NCBI GenBank assembly: GCA_048270185.1
Contig: JBLWTJ010000001.1
Location: forward strand, 1,024,001-1,088,000
DNA: 64,000 nucleotides
Source: Bacteriovoracaceae bacterium
GTDB taxonomy: Bacteria; Bdellovibrionota; Bacteriovoracia; Bacteriovoracales; Bacteriovoracaceae
Direction: 5' to 3'
Shown here: in pieces, positions 9,759 through 19,371 of the stretch
How the letters are laid out: the number at the start of each line of letters is the position of its first letter
Numbering within the stretch: the stretch's first letter is position 1
The notes under the pieces: model-generated
The model's input: the letters and a program-made list of their open reading frames with translations, nothing else
What the model was told of the DNA's origin: nothing
Databases searched by the model: none
Translations under genes and position numbers: made by a program

Positions 9759-10679
9759 TTAATAGATCGACTGCCCTGTATAAGTGGTAAAGAGTTCAAG
9801 GGCCTCAATTCCAGCAAGGGAGTTTCCTGTTTTATCGAGGCATGGTGACCAAGTTGAGATGGACATCTCATTTGGAATGACACCGACGATTCCCCCTCCG
9901 ACTCCCGACTTTGCAGGAATCCCCACGCGATAAGCGAAGTCACCAACAGAGTTATAAAGACCACATGTCATCATGATAGCGTTGAGTCTTTTATTCTGGC
10001 CCTTTGTTAGAATTTTCTTTCCAGTCCAAGGGTTTTGTCCATTGGAACTAAAGAGACGAAATGAACGAGCAAGATCAACACAGGTCATTTCAATAGAACA
10101 AATTGTCGAATAGATTTCAATAACTTTATCGACATCGTTTTTAATATTACCATAACTCTTCATAAAGTAAGCAAGAGCGAAATTACGATTTCCAGTAGCA
10201 AGCTCTGAATCCCTTACGGACTCATTGATATAAATATCTTGATTACCACTTAGCTCACGAACAAACTTTAAGACTTCATCAACTGGATCTTTATAGAGAT
10301 CAATTAGGGTATCGATTACAACAATGGCCCCTGCATTGATAAAAGGGTTACGTGGTATTCCCTCTTCATTTTCTAATAAGATAAGTGAATCAAATCGACT
10401 ACCAGATGGTTCAAGCCCTACTCGCTTCCATAGTTTTGAATCTAGTTTCTGATATGCCAGGACAAGAGTAAAAACTTTAGAAATCGATTGAATTGAAAAA
10501 GACTTTTGTGAATTGCCAATGATGTACTCATTCCCATCATTTGTACAAATCGACATGCCAAACTGATTAGGATCAATTTTTCCAAGCTCTGGAATATAAT
10601 CTGCTACTTTTCCCTTACCAATGAGAGGTGAAATTTCCGAATATATTCTTTCTAAAATTTGAGTGTACTTCTCTTCCAT
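9759..10679 (-). CDS. glsA: Glutaminase
   Basis: GKVADYIPEL, FSIQSISK (SxxK), PRNPFINAGA, PAKSGVGGG; start at 10679 or 10700. Confidence 0.95.
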   Translation of the reverse strand: MEEKYTQILERIYSEISPLIGKGKVADYIPELGKIDPNQFGMSICTNDGNEYIIGNSQKSFSIQSISKVFTLVLAYQKLDSKLWKRVGLEPSGSRFDSLILLENEEGIPRNPFINAGAIVVIDTLIDLYKDPVDEVLKFVRELSGNQDIYINESVRDSELATGNRNFALAYFMKSYGNIKNDVDKVIEIYSTICSIEMTCVDLARSFRLFSSNGQNPWTGKKILTKGQNKRLNAIMMTCGLYNSVGDFAYRVGIPAKSGVGGGIVGVIPNEMSISTWSPCLDKTGNSLAGIEALELFTTYTGQSIY

Positions 10680-10748
10680 AAAAAGAATATCTACTCTCAT
10701 AAGAGCAAACAGGCCATATGGCTTTCATAAAGTGAAAATATTTCATTC

Positions 10749-11339
10749 TTAAGCTTCAGAATGATTTGATCCGTAGTATCCATCTATCCACACTTTCTTT
10801 AATGCCTCATATAGGGCTTCGTTGATATGGAGAAGTTTAGAGTCGGCTTCCTGACCAAGAACATAAATCTGCTTTGCAAACTCACCAATAATAGGTGCTT
10901 CACTTGGCGCTAGTGCTGATATTTTATTAGGATAAGCTTCTTTTAATCGCTTACAGATACTCATTACCCTTTGACCGTGCTTATCTTTATAGGCGGCAAC
11001 ACCAAATGATCGACAGACAGCAGGACGAGTTTCATAATTGCTACAATAACCTTGAGTACCATCTTCGGATTTTTTCATATAGAAGATGCATTGGCGTGAG
11101 TTATTACTTTCTAATTGTTCAATTAACTCTTCAACACGATCCATACCCTCTTCTTCAAGAATTCTAAATGCCGTCGGTAACATTTCGTTTGTTGATGCTG
11201 AAATTTCCTGACTTAAACAGCAGGCACCACAACCACTAAGGCATCGAAGTCCGACGCTAGATTGATAACCTGAAAAGGTCTTGGCCGAATTAGCAAAGAT
11301 CGATTCGATATGCTCTGAGATTTCTCTATTAATACTCAT
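10749..11339 (-). CDS. YkgJ-family CxxxCxxCC cysteine-cluster protein
   Basis: CLSGCGACC, CIFY, CSNYETRPAVCRSF. Confidence 0.85.
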   Translation of the reverse strand: MSINREISEHIESIFANSAKTFSGYQSSVGLRCLSGCGACCLSQEISASTNEMLPTAFRILEEEGMDRVEELIEQLESNNSRQCIFYMKKSEDGTQGYCSNYETRPAVCRSFGVAAYKDKHGQRVMSICKRLKEAYPNKISALAPSEAPIIGEFAKQIYVLGQEADSKLLHINEALYEALKKVWIDGYYGSNHSEA

Positions 11340-11460
11340 AAAAACCTACACACGTAAAAATCGAGTGCATTCTATTCACAAAATATATCTTGGCAATCAA
11401 ATTTTAGAAAAAATGAATAAGCTATTGAAAATTCATAAACGATCAATGATAGCTATTATA

Positions 11461-11488
11461 ATAAAGCGCCCTTTTCGATAAAGGACGC
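11461..11488 (-). terminator. Intrinsic terminator after the pgl-like operon
   Basis: Minus strand GCGTCCTTT-atcga-AAAGGGCGC-TTTAT. Confidence 0.6.
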
Positions 11489-11502
11489 ATTTATGAATAC
11501 TT

Positions 11503-13824
11503 TTATGCTACAGCAAGCTGAGGTTTAAGTTTTGCAATAACTTCAACAAGGTGCTTACAGACAAAATCCACTTCTTCTTGAGTCATCATTCCATGGAATG
11601 GTAATGCTAAGGTTCTTGTACTAATATCGATAGTATTCTCTAACCCTGAGACGTCAATATCAAAGTTTTTCATGAATGGTTGATCATGAATTGAATCAAA
11701 ATAAGCGCGAGCAGGGATACCTCTACTAGCGAGTTCATCGATTACGATATCGCGACTAACTCCACGTTCTAGTTTTACAACATAAACAAACCAGCTCATT
11801 GTTACACCCTCAGCAATAACTTGAAGACAAAGACCATCTTGACCTTTTAGGGCGTCATTATACATATGAGCAACACGTTCACGATCTTTTAATATTTGAT
11901 CGATTTTTCTTAACTGTGTAACTCCTAGAGATGCACTCAATTCATTCATGCGACAATTAAAGCCAAGAAATTCGTGCTTAAGCCATCCCCCCATGCTATT
12001 TCGCCCTTGATTTCTTAGGGCCCTAACATGATTTGCAACATCTTCGTCATCAGTAACAAGGATTCCTCCTTCTCCTGTTGTGATTTGCTTATTTGGATAG
12101 AATGCGAATGTTGATACATCTGCAAATGTACCTACCATCTTGTCACCAATTTTAGCACCTAATGCTTCACATGAATCATCAATAGTTTTAAGTCCATACT
12201 TTTTTGCTACTCGACAAATCTCTTGCCAATTAGCTGGATGGCCAAAAATATCTACCCCAAGAATAACCTTAGTTTTCTCAGTAATTTTAGATTCAATGTC
12301 TTTTGGACAAACACAGTGGGTTTCCTCTTCGATATCAGCAAAAACAGGAATTGCACCGGCATGTAAAATCACTGAAACAGAAGATACAAATGTATAAGAA
12401 GGAACAATTACTTCATCACCTTCTTTCACTCCTAAGGCGAGTAGCCCAAGGTATAAGGCTGAAGTTCCAGAGCTAACAGCAACTGCTTCTTTTACACCAA
12501 TATAATCTTGAATATTTCTTTCAAATTCTTCGACTTTTGGGCCTAGAGAAAGAACTCCACTTTCTAAAACAGAAACAACACCATCAATATCGTCTTGTCC
12601 AATAATAGGTTTGGCCATCGAGAGGTTGATATCCTCTCTTTTAAAATTTTTATTCACAGATAATCTCCTTGCAGGTTGACCAACGTAGGTCCCTGCTTCT
12701 TTAATATTTTTGATAACGCTAGAGTTAAGGCCAATAACAACATCACGGCAAACTTCGACAAGTGGTTTTACGACAGAGCCGGCTCCCACCATCACCATTT
12801 CGCCAATCTGAACACCTCCGCAAAGTGTTGCATTAGGACAAATATGAGCAAAATCCCCAACAACACAGTCATGTTCTACAATAGAACCAGTATTGATAAT
12901 GACATGATTTCCAATGACAGCATTTGGACCGATATAAGCACCGCTAAGAATAGCTGTTCCATGGCCAATAACTGCACTTTCATGAATAATTGCACTAGGA
13001 TGGATAATTGACTGCCAGTTAACCTTTAAGTCATTTGCCATCTTCTTTCTTATTGAATTGTTACCAATAGCAAGAAGCCCTCTCACTCCTTCGATATCTG
13101 TAGGTAGATAATCAGTGAGTTTAACATCGAGGTAAAAATCAACAGTTTGAATATTTTCTACTTTTTGATCGTAAATTGCATAAATATCAACCCCACTCTC
13201 TTGAGCTGCATATTGGACAGATAGAGAATGTCCTCCCCCTCCAAATAAATAGAAAGGATGATCAAATCTTTCCATCGTCTTTGATTTACTTGCATCAATT
13301 CCAACGGGCTTAATCATTTGCTTAATTGTCATTAGAATAATTTTGAGATCAAAGAGAAATGATTGCTTCTGAACGTATAACAGATCATATTTAAACTTAT
13401 TATTCCAAGTAAGTGAGTTACGACCTGAAACCTGTGCAAGACCAGTTAAACCAGGCTTAATATGGTGTCTTTTACTTTGCTCTTTAGAGTAGAAAGGTAA
13501 GTATTCTTTAAGAAGAGGTCTGGGTCCCACAACACTTAGATCACCAAATAAGATATTAAAAAATTCAGGTAACTCATCAAGGCTAAACTTTCTTAAAAAT
13601 TTTCCATATGTACCAATTCGTTCTGACTCATCTAATGAAGTATCAAGACTCATAGTCCTAAACTTTATCATTTTAAAGGTTTTACCTTTGTACCCGACTC
13701 TTTCTTGAACGAAGAAGATGGGTCTTCCTTGGATAACAAGACTAAGAAATGAAACCACCACTAAAACTGGTGAAACGAGAATAATTGAAAAGATTGAAAA
13801 AAGAATATCGAATGTTCTTTTCAT
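11503..13824 (-). CDS. Trifunctional fusion: monotopic phosphoglycosyltransferase (PglC-like) + hexapeptide acetyltransferase (PglD-like) + DegT/PglE-like aminotransferase
   Basis: KRTFD..KFRTM..SLDELP..VGPRP (aa 1-187); GGGGHS..IVEHDC hexapeptide repeats (aa ~190-388); VSSGTSAL..DDSCEA..FYPNKQITTGEGG (aa ~398-773); one uninterrupted ORF. Confidence 0.92.
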   Translation of the reverse strand: MKRTFDILFSIFSIILVSPVLVVVSFLSLVIQGRPIFFVQERVGYKGKTFKMIKFRTMSLDTSLDESERIGTYGKFLRKFSLDELPEFFNILFGDLSVVGPRPLLKEYLPFYSKEQSKRHHIKPGLTGLAQVSGRNSLTWNNKFKYDLLYVQKQSFLFDLKIILMTIKQMIKPVGIDASKSKTMERFDHPFYLFGGGGHSLSVQYAAQESGVDIYAIYDQKVENIQTVDFYLDVKLTDYLPTDIEGVRGLLAIGNNSIRKKMANDLKVNWQSIIHPSAIIHESAVIGHGTAILSGAYIGPNAVIGNHVIINTGSIVEHDCVVGDFAHICPNATLCGGVQIGEMVMVGAGSVVKPLVEVCRDVVIGLNSSVIKNIKEAGTYVGQPARRLSVNKNFKREDINLSMAKPIIGQDDIDGVVSVLESGVLSLGPKVEEFERNIQDYIGVKEAVAVSSGTSALYLGLLALGVKEGDEVIVPSYTFVSSVSVILHAGAIPVFADIEEETHCVCPKDIESKITEKTKVILGVDIFGHPANWQEICRVAKKYGLKTIDDSCEALGAKIGDKMVGTFADVSTFAFYPNKQITTGEGGILVTDDEDVANHVRALRNQGRNSMGGWLKHEFLGFNCRMNELSASLGVTQLRKIDQILKDRERVAHMYNDALKGQDGLCLQVIAEGVTMSWFVYVVKLERGVSRDIVIDELASRGIPARAYFDSIHDQPFMKNFDIDVSGLENTIDISTRTLALPFHGMMTQEEVDFVCKHLVEVIAKLKPQLAVA

Positions 13825-15683
13825 TACCCGACGTCCCCAAGTTGTACGACAAAGTCAGACTTAATATTTATGCTATTATTTGTCTCATTTATAAGATCTG
13901 ACATATCGTTAATACAACTAAGGTCATTCTCCATTGCCTTAACAATGATGGAATAGATACGTTTAAGGATTGCCTTACGAGAAAATTCATCATTAATAGT
14001 ATGTCCACAGTCTCCATTAGGTAGTGTTACAATATCTTTATGAGACGTTTGTAATTCTTCCCCAGTCAGATAAAGTTCTTCGAATAGCTTCTCACCTTTC
14101 TTCATACCGGTGAAAACGATATTTATACTCTCAATGCTTTTTCCCATAGCAAGAGCAAGTCTTTCTACAATATCGAGAATATAAATCGGATCTCCCATCT
14201 TTAAGACACAAAGGGATGTATTTTCAGAAACTGTTAAGCTATTCAACACAAGGCCAACCGCTTCAGGTATTGTCATAAAATAACGCTTCATTCTCTTATC
14301 AGTGATCGTCACTTTTTCATTATTCAAAATTTGTTCCATTACAATTGGAATCAGTGATCCACTAGAACCTAAAACATTACCAAATCTAACGGCGCGGTAT
14401 TCGCAGGTGCTATCTTTTGAGTAACAAGCGAGTAGGATTTCACACAGACGCTTAGTTGCCCCCATCACAGATGTAGGATTAACAGCTTTATCTGTAGAAA
14501 TTAAAATGAAACTCTTAACAGGAAACTCTGTTGAGAGATCGAGTAAATTCTTAGTACCTAAAACATTATTAAGAATTGCCGCCTTAGGGTTCGCTTCAAC
14601 AAGAGCAACATGTTTGTAAGCAGCTGCATGAAAAATATACTCTGGACAAGATTCTTTGAAAGAAGCATCTAGGGCTTCTTTATTTGTAATATCAATCATT
14701 AGAGAAGTAATTCTTACGTTACCAAAGTTGAATGATTTTATCTCATTTGTGATTTTGAATAGATTGTACTCACAGTTATCAATTAGAATAATCTCTTGGG
14801 GTTGCATTAAGAATAGCTGTCTCACTAGTTCAGCACCAATGCTACCTCCTGCTCCAGTTATACATACTTTTGAGCCATAAATTTTCTCAGAAAGAATAGT
14901 TAAGTCTGCTTCAATAGGCTCTCGCCCAAGTAATGTGTTTAACTCTATTTTATTAACCTTAAAATTTTGCCCAGAGAAAAGGTTTGCTTCAGAGATTGTG
15001 ACAGAAAGCTTATTACATACCTCTTTTATTTCTTTAGATTTATTAAAGTAATTACAATCAATAACAATTACTTCCTTAATTCTATTCTCAACAATTACTT
15101 TTTCCAATTCATCAATTCGACCCAAAACCTTAAACTGACCTTTAACAAGACTTACGTCATAGTCATCAACAAAGCCTACAATCGTGTGTGACTCACAATT
15201 AACATGACTTGCTAAGGATACTGCCTTCTTATCACTTCCTAGGATGATCGTTCTTGGACAATGTTGAGCATAAGATCGATCAAATAGTATCTTTCTCGTA
15301 ACTCGTGAAAAGATCATAATAACAAGAGAAACAGAGAAAATATTGAATAGTAACTGTTGATCGAGATTGAAAAATAAATATAAAGAGACACAAGTTGCAG
15401 TTAGAGCTAAGATCGATTTTAAAATACTTAGAGGTGTTGTATGCCTCCAAGAGTCAAGATTGCTTTTAGTTAGTAAACTAAAAAGTACAAAAAGTGATGA
15501 AAACTCAAGGTAGTAATATAGGAAAGATTCATTTCTTAAAAAGCCTAAGATAACTAAGTATGAATTAATTATTAATAAATCGAAAATAGGCCTAAATAAA
15601 AAATTAATAACCACTGAGAAAATCAACTCATACCCCACTAAAATTGTTAAATAAATTTTAGCCATTAGAGATGAAGTTCTCAA
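13824..15683 (-). CDS. Membrane-bound UDP-GlcNAc 4,6-dehydratase (PglF/CapD/WbpM family)
   Basis: N-terminal TMs, TGAGGSIG, HAAAYKHV, STDKAVNP, VMGATK, VRFGNVLGSSGS, GEKLFEEL; start uncertain (TTG 15683 or ATG 15665). Confidence 0.93.
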   Translation of the reverse strand: MRTSSLMAKIYLTILVGYELIFSVVINFLFRPIFDLLIINSYLVILGFLRNESFLYYYLEFSSLFVLFSLLTKSNLDSWRHTTPLSILKSILALTATCVSLYLFFNLDQQLLFNIFSVSLVIMIFSRVTRKILFDRSYAQHCPRTIILGSDKKAVSLASHVNCESHTIVGFVDDYDVSLVKGQFKVLGRIDELEKVIVENRIKEVIVIDCNYFNKSKEIKEVCNKLSVTISEANLFSGQNFKVNKIELNTLLGREPIEADLTILSEKIYGSKVCITGAGGSIGAELVRQLFLMQPQEIILIDNCEYNLFKITNEIKSFNFGNVRITSLMIDITNKEALDASFKESCPEYIFHAAAYKHVALVEANPKAAILNNVLGTKNLLDLSTEFPVKSFILISTDKAVNPTSVMGATKRLCEILLACYSKDSTCEYRAVRFGNVLGSSGSLIPIVMEQILNNEKVTITDKRMKRYFMTIPEAVGLVLNSLTVSENTSLCVLKMGDPIYILDIVERLALAMGKSIESINIVFTGMKKGEKLFEELYLTGEELQTSHKDIVTLPNGDCGHTINDEFSRKAILKRIYSIIVKAMENDLSCINDMSDLINETNNSINIKSDFVVQLGDVG

Positions 15684-15739
15684 TCGGGTAAATAAATCCT
15701 TAATGTATTAACTAACCTGATAAGCTATTATTAATAGGA

Positions 15740-16951
15740 ATGAAGAAGATATTTCTAAATAAAGGCCTACCTATTTTTAACACAATAGGAATTATTGCCT
15801 ACTCGCTATCTCAGTGGCTTATTATTAAGTTAATTAGTAACAAGTACCCGACTGGGGCCCTAGGGGACTACGCCCTTTCTCTTTCTTATTTAGCACCTCT
15901 AACATTATTCTTCTGTTTCTCATTAAGAAATTTTTTTAATAGTCATCATGAACAGATTACTATTTCAGATATATTCACACAGAGAGTCTTATCAATACTC
16001 GCCTATTTCCTATCTTCCTTGATAGCGCTATTAGTATTTATCCCCAATGTTGATAAGGTGGTCTTTATCATACTCATGCTAATACGAAGTGGTGACCTAC
16101 TTTCTGACCTTGCTTACACAATCAAGCAAAAGAAAAAAGATATAAGATATATCGGAACGAGTCTTTCATTAAAAAGCATGTTCATTATGATTTTATGTGT
16201 TCTTGCATATAGTAAAGCCGATTTAACAATAAGCTTCTTCTTAGTTGGAATTCTAAGTATTACAATTATCTTCTCAATTATTGATCTAAGTAATTCGATA
16301 GAAATATTTAAGTTTAAGACCGACGCCCTAAAGAAAATAACGATCCTAACAGTACCTTTGGCGCTCGCTTCTCTAGTAAACTCAGTAAATGCAAATGTTC
16401 CTCGATACTTTCTAGACTTTTTCTTTGATAAGACTAGTGTTGCTATATTTTCAACTTTCTTCTTTTTCTACTCTTCAATAATAGTCATTACTAATTCCTT
16501 CATCCAAGTATCTTTAAATAGACTATCCCTATCTCTTGTAAACCGTTATGAGGTAAACAAGATGATAAAATCTTACTTTCTCTTTGCGCTATTAACTTCT
16601 GCAACATTTGTATTATTCAATGAACTCACAGGGGAATATATTTATAAATTAATATTTGGAATAAAATATACGGAGTATGTTCATTATTTACGCTACTTGA
16701 ATATAATTATTCCACAAGCAATTCTAATTATACTTATCAATTACTTCGTAATAGCGCTAAAGGTATACAAAACGAGCTTTATCATTACTTCAATAACATT
16801 AATCGTTCACTTCGTTGCTGCTTATTTATTAATTAAAGACACAGAGATCACAGGAAGCTTCAATGCATTTATTATTTCTCAAATCTTTTATATTATACTT
16901 AACCTCATCTTAATTACTAATAAAGTTAGAGGGATAAGATATGAATCTTGA
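15740..16951 (+). CDS. wzx: Wzx-type oligosaccharide flippase
   Basis: About 12 TM segments; SQW..GDYALSL and VPLAL..NANVPRYF patterns; position in the cluster. Confidence 0.8.
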   Translation: MKKIFLNKGLPIFNTIGIIAYSLSQWLIIKLISNKYPTGALGDYALSLSYLAPLTLFFCFSLRNFFNSHHEQITISDIFTQRVLSILAYFLSSLIALLVFIPNVDKVVFIILMLIRSGDLLSDLAYTIKQKKKDIRYIGTSLSLKSMFIMILCVLAYSKADLTISFFLVGILSITIIFSIIDLSNSIEIFKFKTDALKKITILTVPLALASLVNSVNANVPRYFLDFFFDKTSVAIFSTFFFFYSSIIVITNSFIQVSLNRLSLSLVNRYEVNKMIKSYFLFALLTSATFVLFNELTGEYIYKLIFGIKYTEYVHYLRYLNIIIPQAILIILINYFVIALKVYKTSFIITSITLIVHFVAAYLLIKDTEITGSFNAFIISQIFYIILNLILITNKVRGIRYES

Positions 16952-18143
16952 TTTGATAGAATTCAACTTCTACCTCTCTCTAATAATCATCATCCTTAAA
17001 TTAATCTTGAAAGGATGGAAGGATCATTTAACTTATTTTATCATTTTCTACTTCTTCTTTTCGATGGGCCCTGTTTTAAATATTTTAATCGGAAATGGTA
17101 TCTATTTTGGAACTCCAAAAGATTATATTCATATAGCGACAACAAACTTCCTATATGCAATAGCAACAATGTCCATCCTATCAGTCATTCTCAAGCCTAG
17201 AAATACAGTCATCGAAGAGGTAAAAGAGAAATTCCCCCTCTTAAACTGGGCGTTTATCTTTTTTATAGTCTTAGCAAGCTTTAATATCTTAAAACTAACT
17301 TCGATTGGATTAAGTATTGATAAAGTGACAAAAATTTCAATTATTGGAAACTCAATTCACTACAGTTATCTACTCCTTCAATTATTCCTAGTATCCTTCT
17401 ACTACCTATGTCGAAGCGGAAGTACAAAAAAACTCTATTTAATAAATTTTCTCACCTATATCGCCTATTGTTTAGTTACAGGTGAACGTGACTTTATATT
17501 CCCTTTATTTTCAATTGTGGGACACTTACTTATTCATCAAAGGACTAGTTTGAAGAAAAAGATCCTCCTAACATCATCTCTATCTTTATTAGGTATTGGT
17601 GGAACATTGATCTTTATCATGAGGGATGTAACACAAAAAACGACAAACTATGTCGAATCTTTCTTAAATCAAGGATCACTGCTTTTCGTAAATGCATTCA
17701 CAGCAAAACTGATTGATATTAAGTATAATTTTTTCTATGGAGAAACATACTTACAAAGTATTCTTAGTCTTCTGCCTAGTTTTATCTATAAGTCCTCATA
17801 TAATAATCTTGCATGGCTTAAAAATAATTATGCCCCAGGGGGAGATTCAGGATATGGTTTTGGACTTGATGCCGAAGGGTATATGAACTTTGGGTACTTT
17901 GGTGTTATTGCAACATTTGTTCTTATTGTTTTAGTACAAAGATTTTGTAACTATAATATTAATAAAGGAAATTTCTTTAAGTATTACAGTGTCTTTTTCC
18001 ACGGATTCACGATGTATTGTTTTAGGAATGACTCATTAGCATTTTTAAAAGGTAATCTTTACGCAGTTATATTCTATTTCATAATTATTCAGGCCAATAA
18101 TTTCATAACAAAACATACAGGCCAAGTAGGACCTCATGAGTAA
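16941..18143 (+). CDS. wzy: Wzy-type polymerase
   Basis: Multi-TM, TGERD motif, periplasmic loop, GYGFGLDAEGYMNFG. Confidence 0.75.
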   Translation: MNLDLIEFNFYLSLIIIILKLILKGWKDHLTYFIIFYFFFSMGPVLNILIGNGIYFGTPKDYIHIATTNFLYAIATMSILSVILKPRNTVIEEVKEKFPLLNWAFIFFIVLASFNILKLTSIGLSIDKVTKISIIGNSIHYSYLLLQLFLVSFYYLCRSGSTKKLYLINFLTYIAYCLVTGERDFIFPLFSIVGHLLIHQRTSLKKKILLTSSLSLLGIGGTLIFIMRDVTQKTTNYVESFLNQGSLLFVNAFTAKLIDIKYNFFYGETYLQSILSLLPSFIYKSSYNNLAWLKNNYAPGGDSGYGFGLDAEGYMNFGYFGVIATFVLIVLVQRFCNYNINKGNFFKYYSVFFHGFTMYCFRNDSLAFLKGNLYAVIFYFIIIQANNFITKHTGQVGPHE

Positions 18144-19371
18144 GCCTTTAAGAGTACTCCAAATTGTCAAAACTACAGATGGTGCAAGCTGGGCCCTTAA
18201 CCAAGTAAAATGTCTAATAAGTAATGGAATTGAAGTTCACATAGTTTTAAATAGCGAATCTGGTAAATTTTACGAAGACTGGCGAAACAGTGGTGCCACA
18301 ATACACATATTAGATTGTAAGCTTAGCCCTGTGTCTCCACTTAAAACGCTTAAATCCATTTACTCACTTAGAAAGATAATAAAGAAAGTCTCACCAGCTA
18401 TTATTCACAGTCACTTTTTTATTAATACTATCCAAATGCGACTGGCAACTTTTGGTTTAAATTTAGAGCGTGTATTTCAGGTACCTGGACCTCTTCACCT
18501 TGAACATATCATCTTTCGATATCTTGATTTATTAACAGCTAGAAAGAACGATCAATGGATCGCTTCATCAAAGCATATAAAAAACTTATACCTAAGAAAT
18601 GGGGTCGATGAAAGACGAGTTCACCTAAGCTATTATGGCAATGATTATAGTAATTTCAATAAAGTCGATAAAGCAAAAGAAGATGATACGATTCGTACAA
18701 AATATAATTTCACAAAAGATGATATTATCATAGGTAATGTCTGCTATATCTATCCTCCCAAAAGATTTATAGGTCAGAAAGTTGGCCTTAAAAATCATGA
18801 AGTGATGATTAAAGCAATTGAAATTGCAAGAAGAACAAACCCTAGGATAAAAGGACTATTTATAGGCGGAGAATGGGGAAACTCAACTGCTTATGAAGAT
18901 AGCCTCAGAGAATCAATCCCAATATCAGAAAAAGAAAATATTATCATTACAGGTAAAATACCTCCGAATGAAGCAGCAAAAGGCTGGATGAATATTGATT
19001 ATACAATTCATTTACCACTCTCTGAAAGCTGTGGAGGAGTAATTGAACCCCTACTCTCCCTTCGGCCAGTTATTACATGCCAAACAGGTGGTATCCCTGA
19101 AATTATCTTCGATAAAGAAACAGGCTATTTGACAAGTAGAGATAACCCGCAAGATGTTGCTAACAAGATTCTTGAGGTTATTAGTGATGAAGACAATGCC
19201 AACAAGTATACTTTAAAAGGAAAGAAGCTTGTCTTAGATATGTTTGATATTAGAAGAACTGCAAAAGAGATAGTGGAAATATATAAAAAAATAATTAATC
19301 TTGATAACTCATATGAAGAATACTCTTCAAAAGAATATCTAGATAGGATGAAATGTAATGAAAAGATCTGA
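18136..19371 (+). CDS. Glycosyltransferase family 4
   Basis: IIHSH, SESCGGVIEP, GGIPEII..ETG GT-B C-domain. Confidence 0.88.
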   Translation: MSKPLRVLQIVKTTDGASWALNQVKCLISNGIEVHIVLNSESGKFYEDWRNSGATIHILDCKLSPVSPLKTLKSIYSLRKIIKKVSPAIIHSHFFINTIQMRLATFGLNLERVFQVPGPLHLEHIIFRYLDLLTARKNDQWIASSKHIKNLYLRNGVDERRVHLSYYGNDYSNFNKVDKAKEDDTIRTKYNFTKDDIIIGNVCYIYPPKRFIGQKVGLKNHEVMIKAIEIARRTNPRIKGLFIGGEWGNSTAYEDSLRESIPISEKENIIITGKIPPNEAAKGWMNIDYTIHLPLSESCGGVIEPLLSLRPVITCQTGGIPEIIFDKETGYLTSRDNPQDVANKILEVISDEDNANKYTLKGKKLVLDMFDIRRTAKEIVEIYKKIINLDNSYEEYSSKEYLDRMKCNEKI

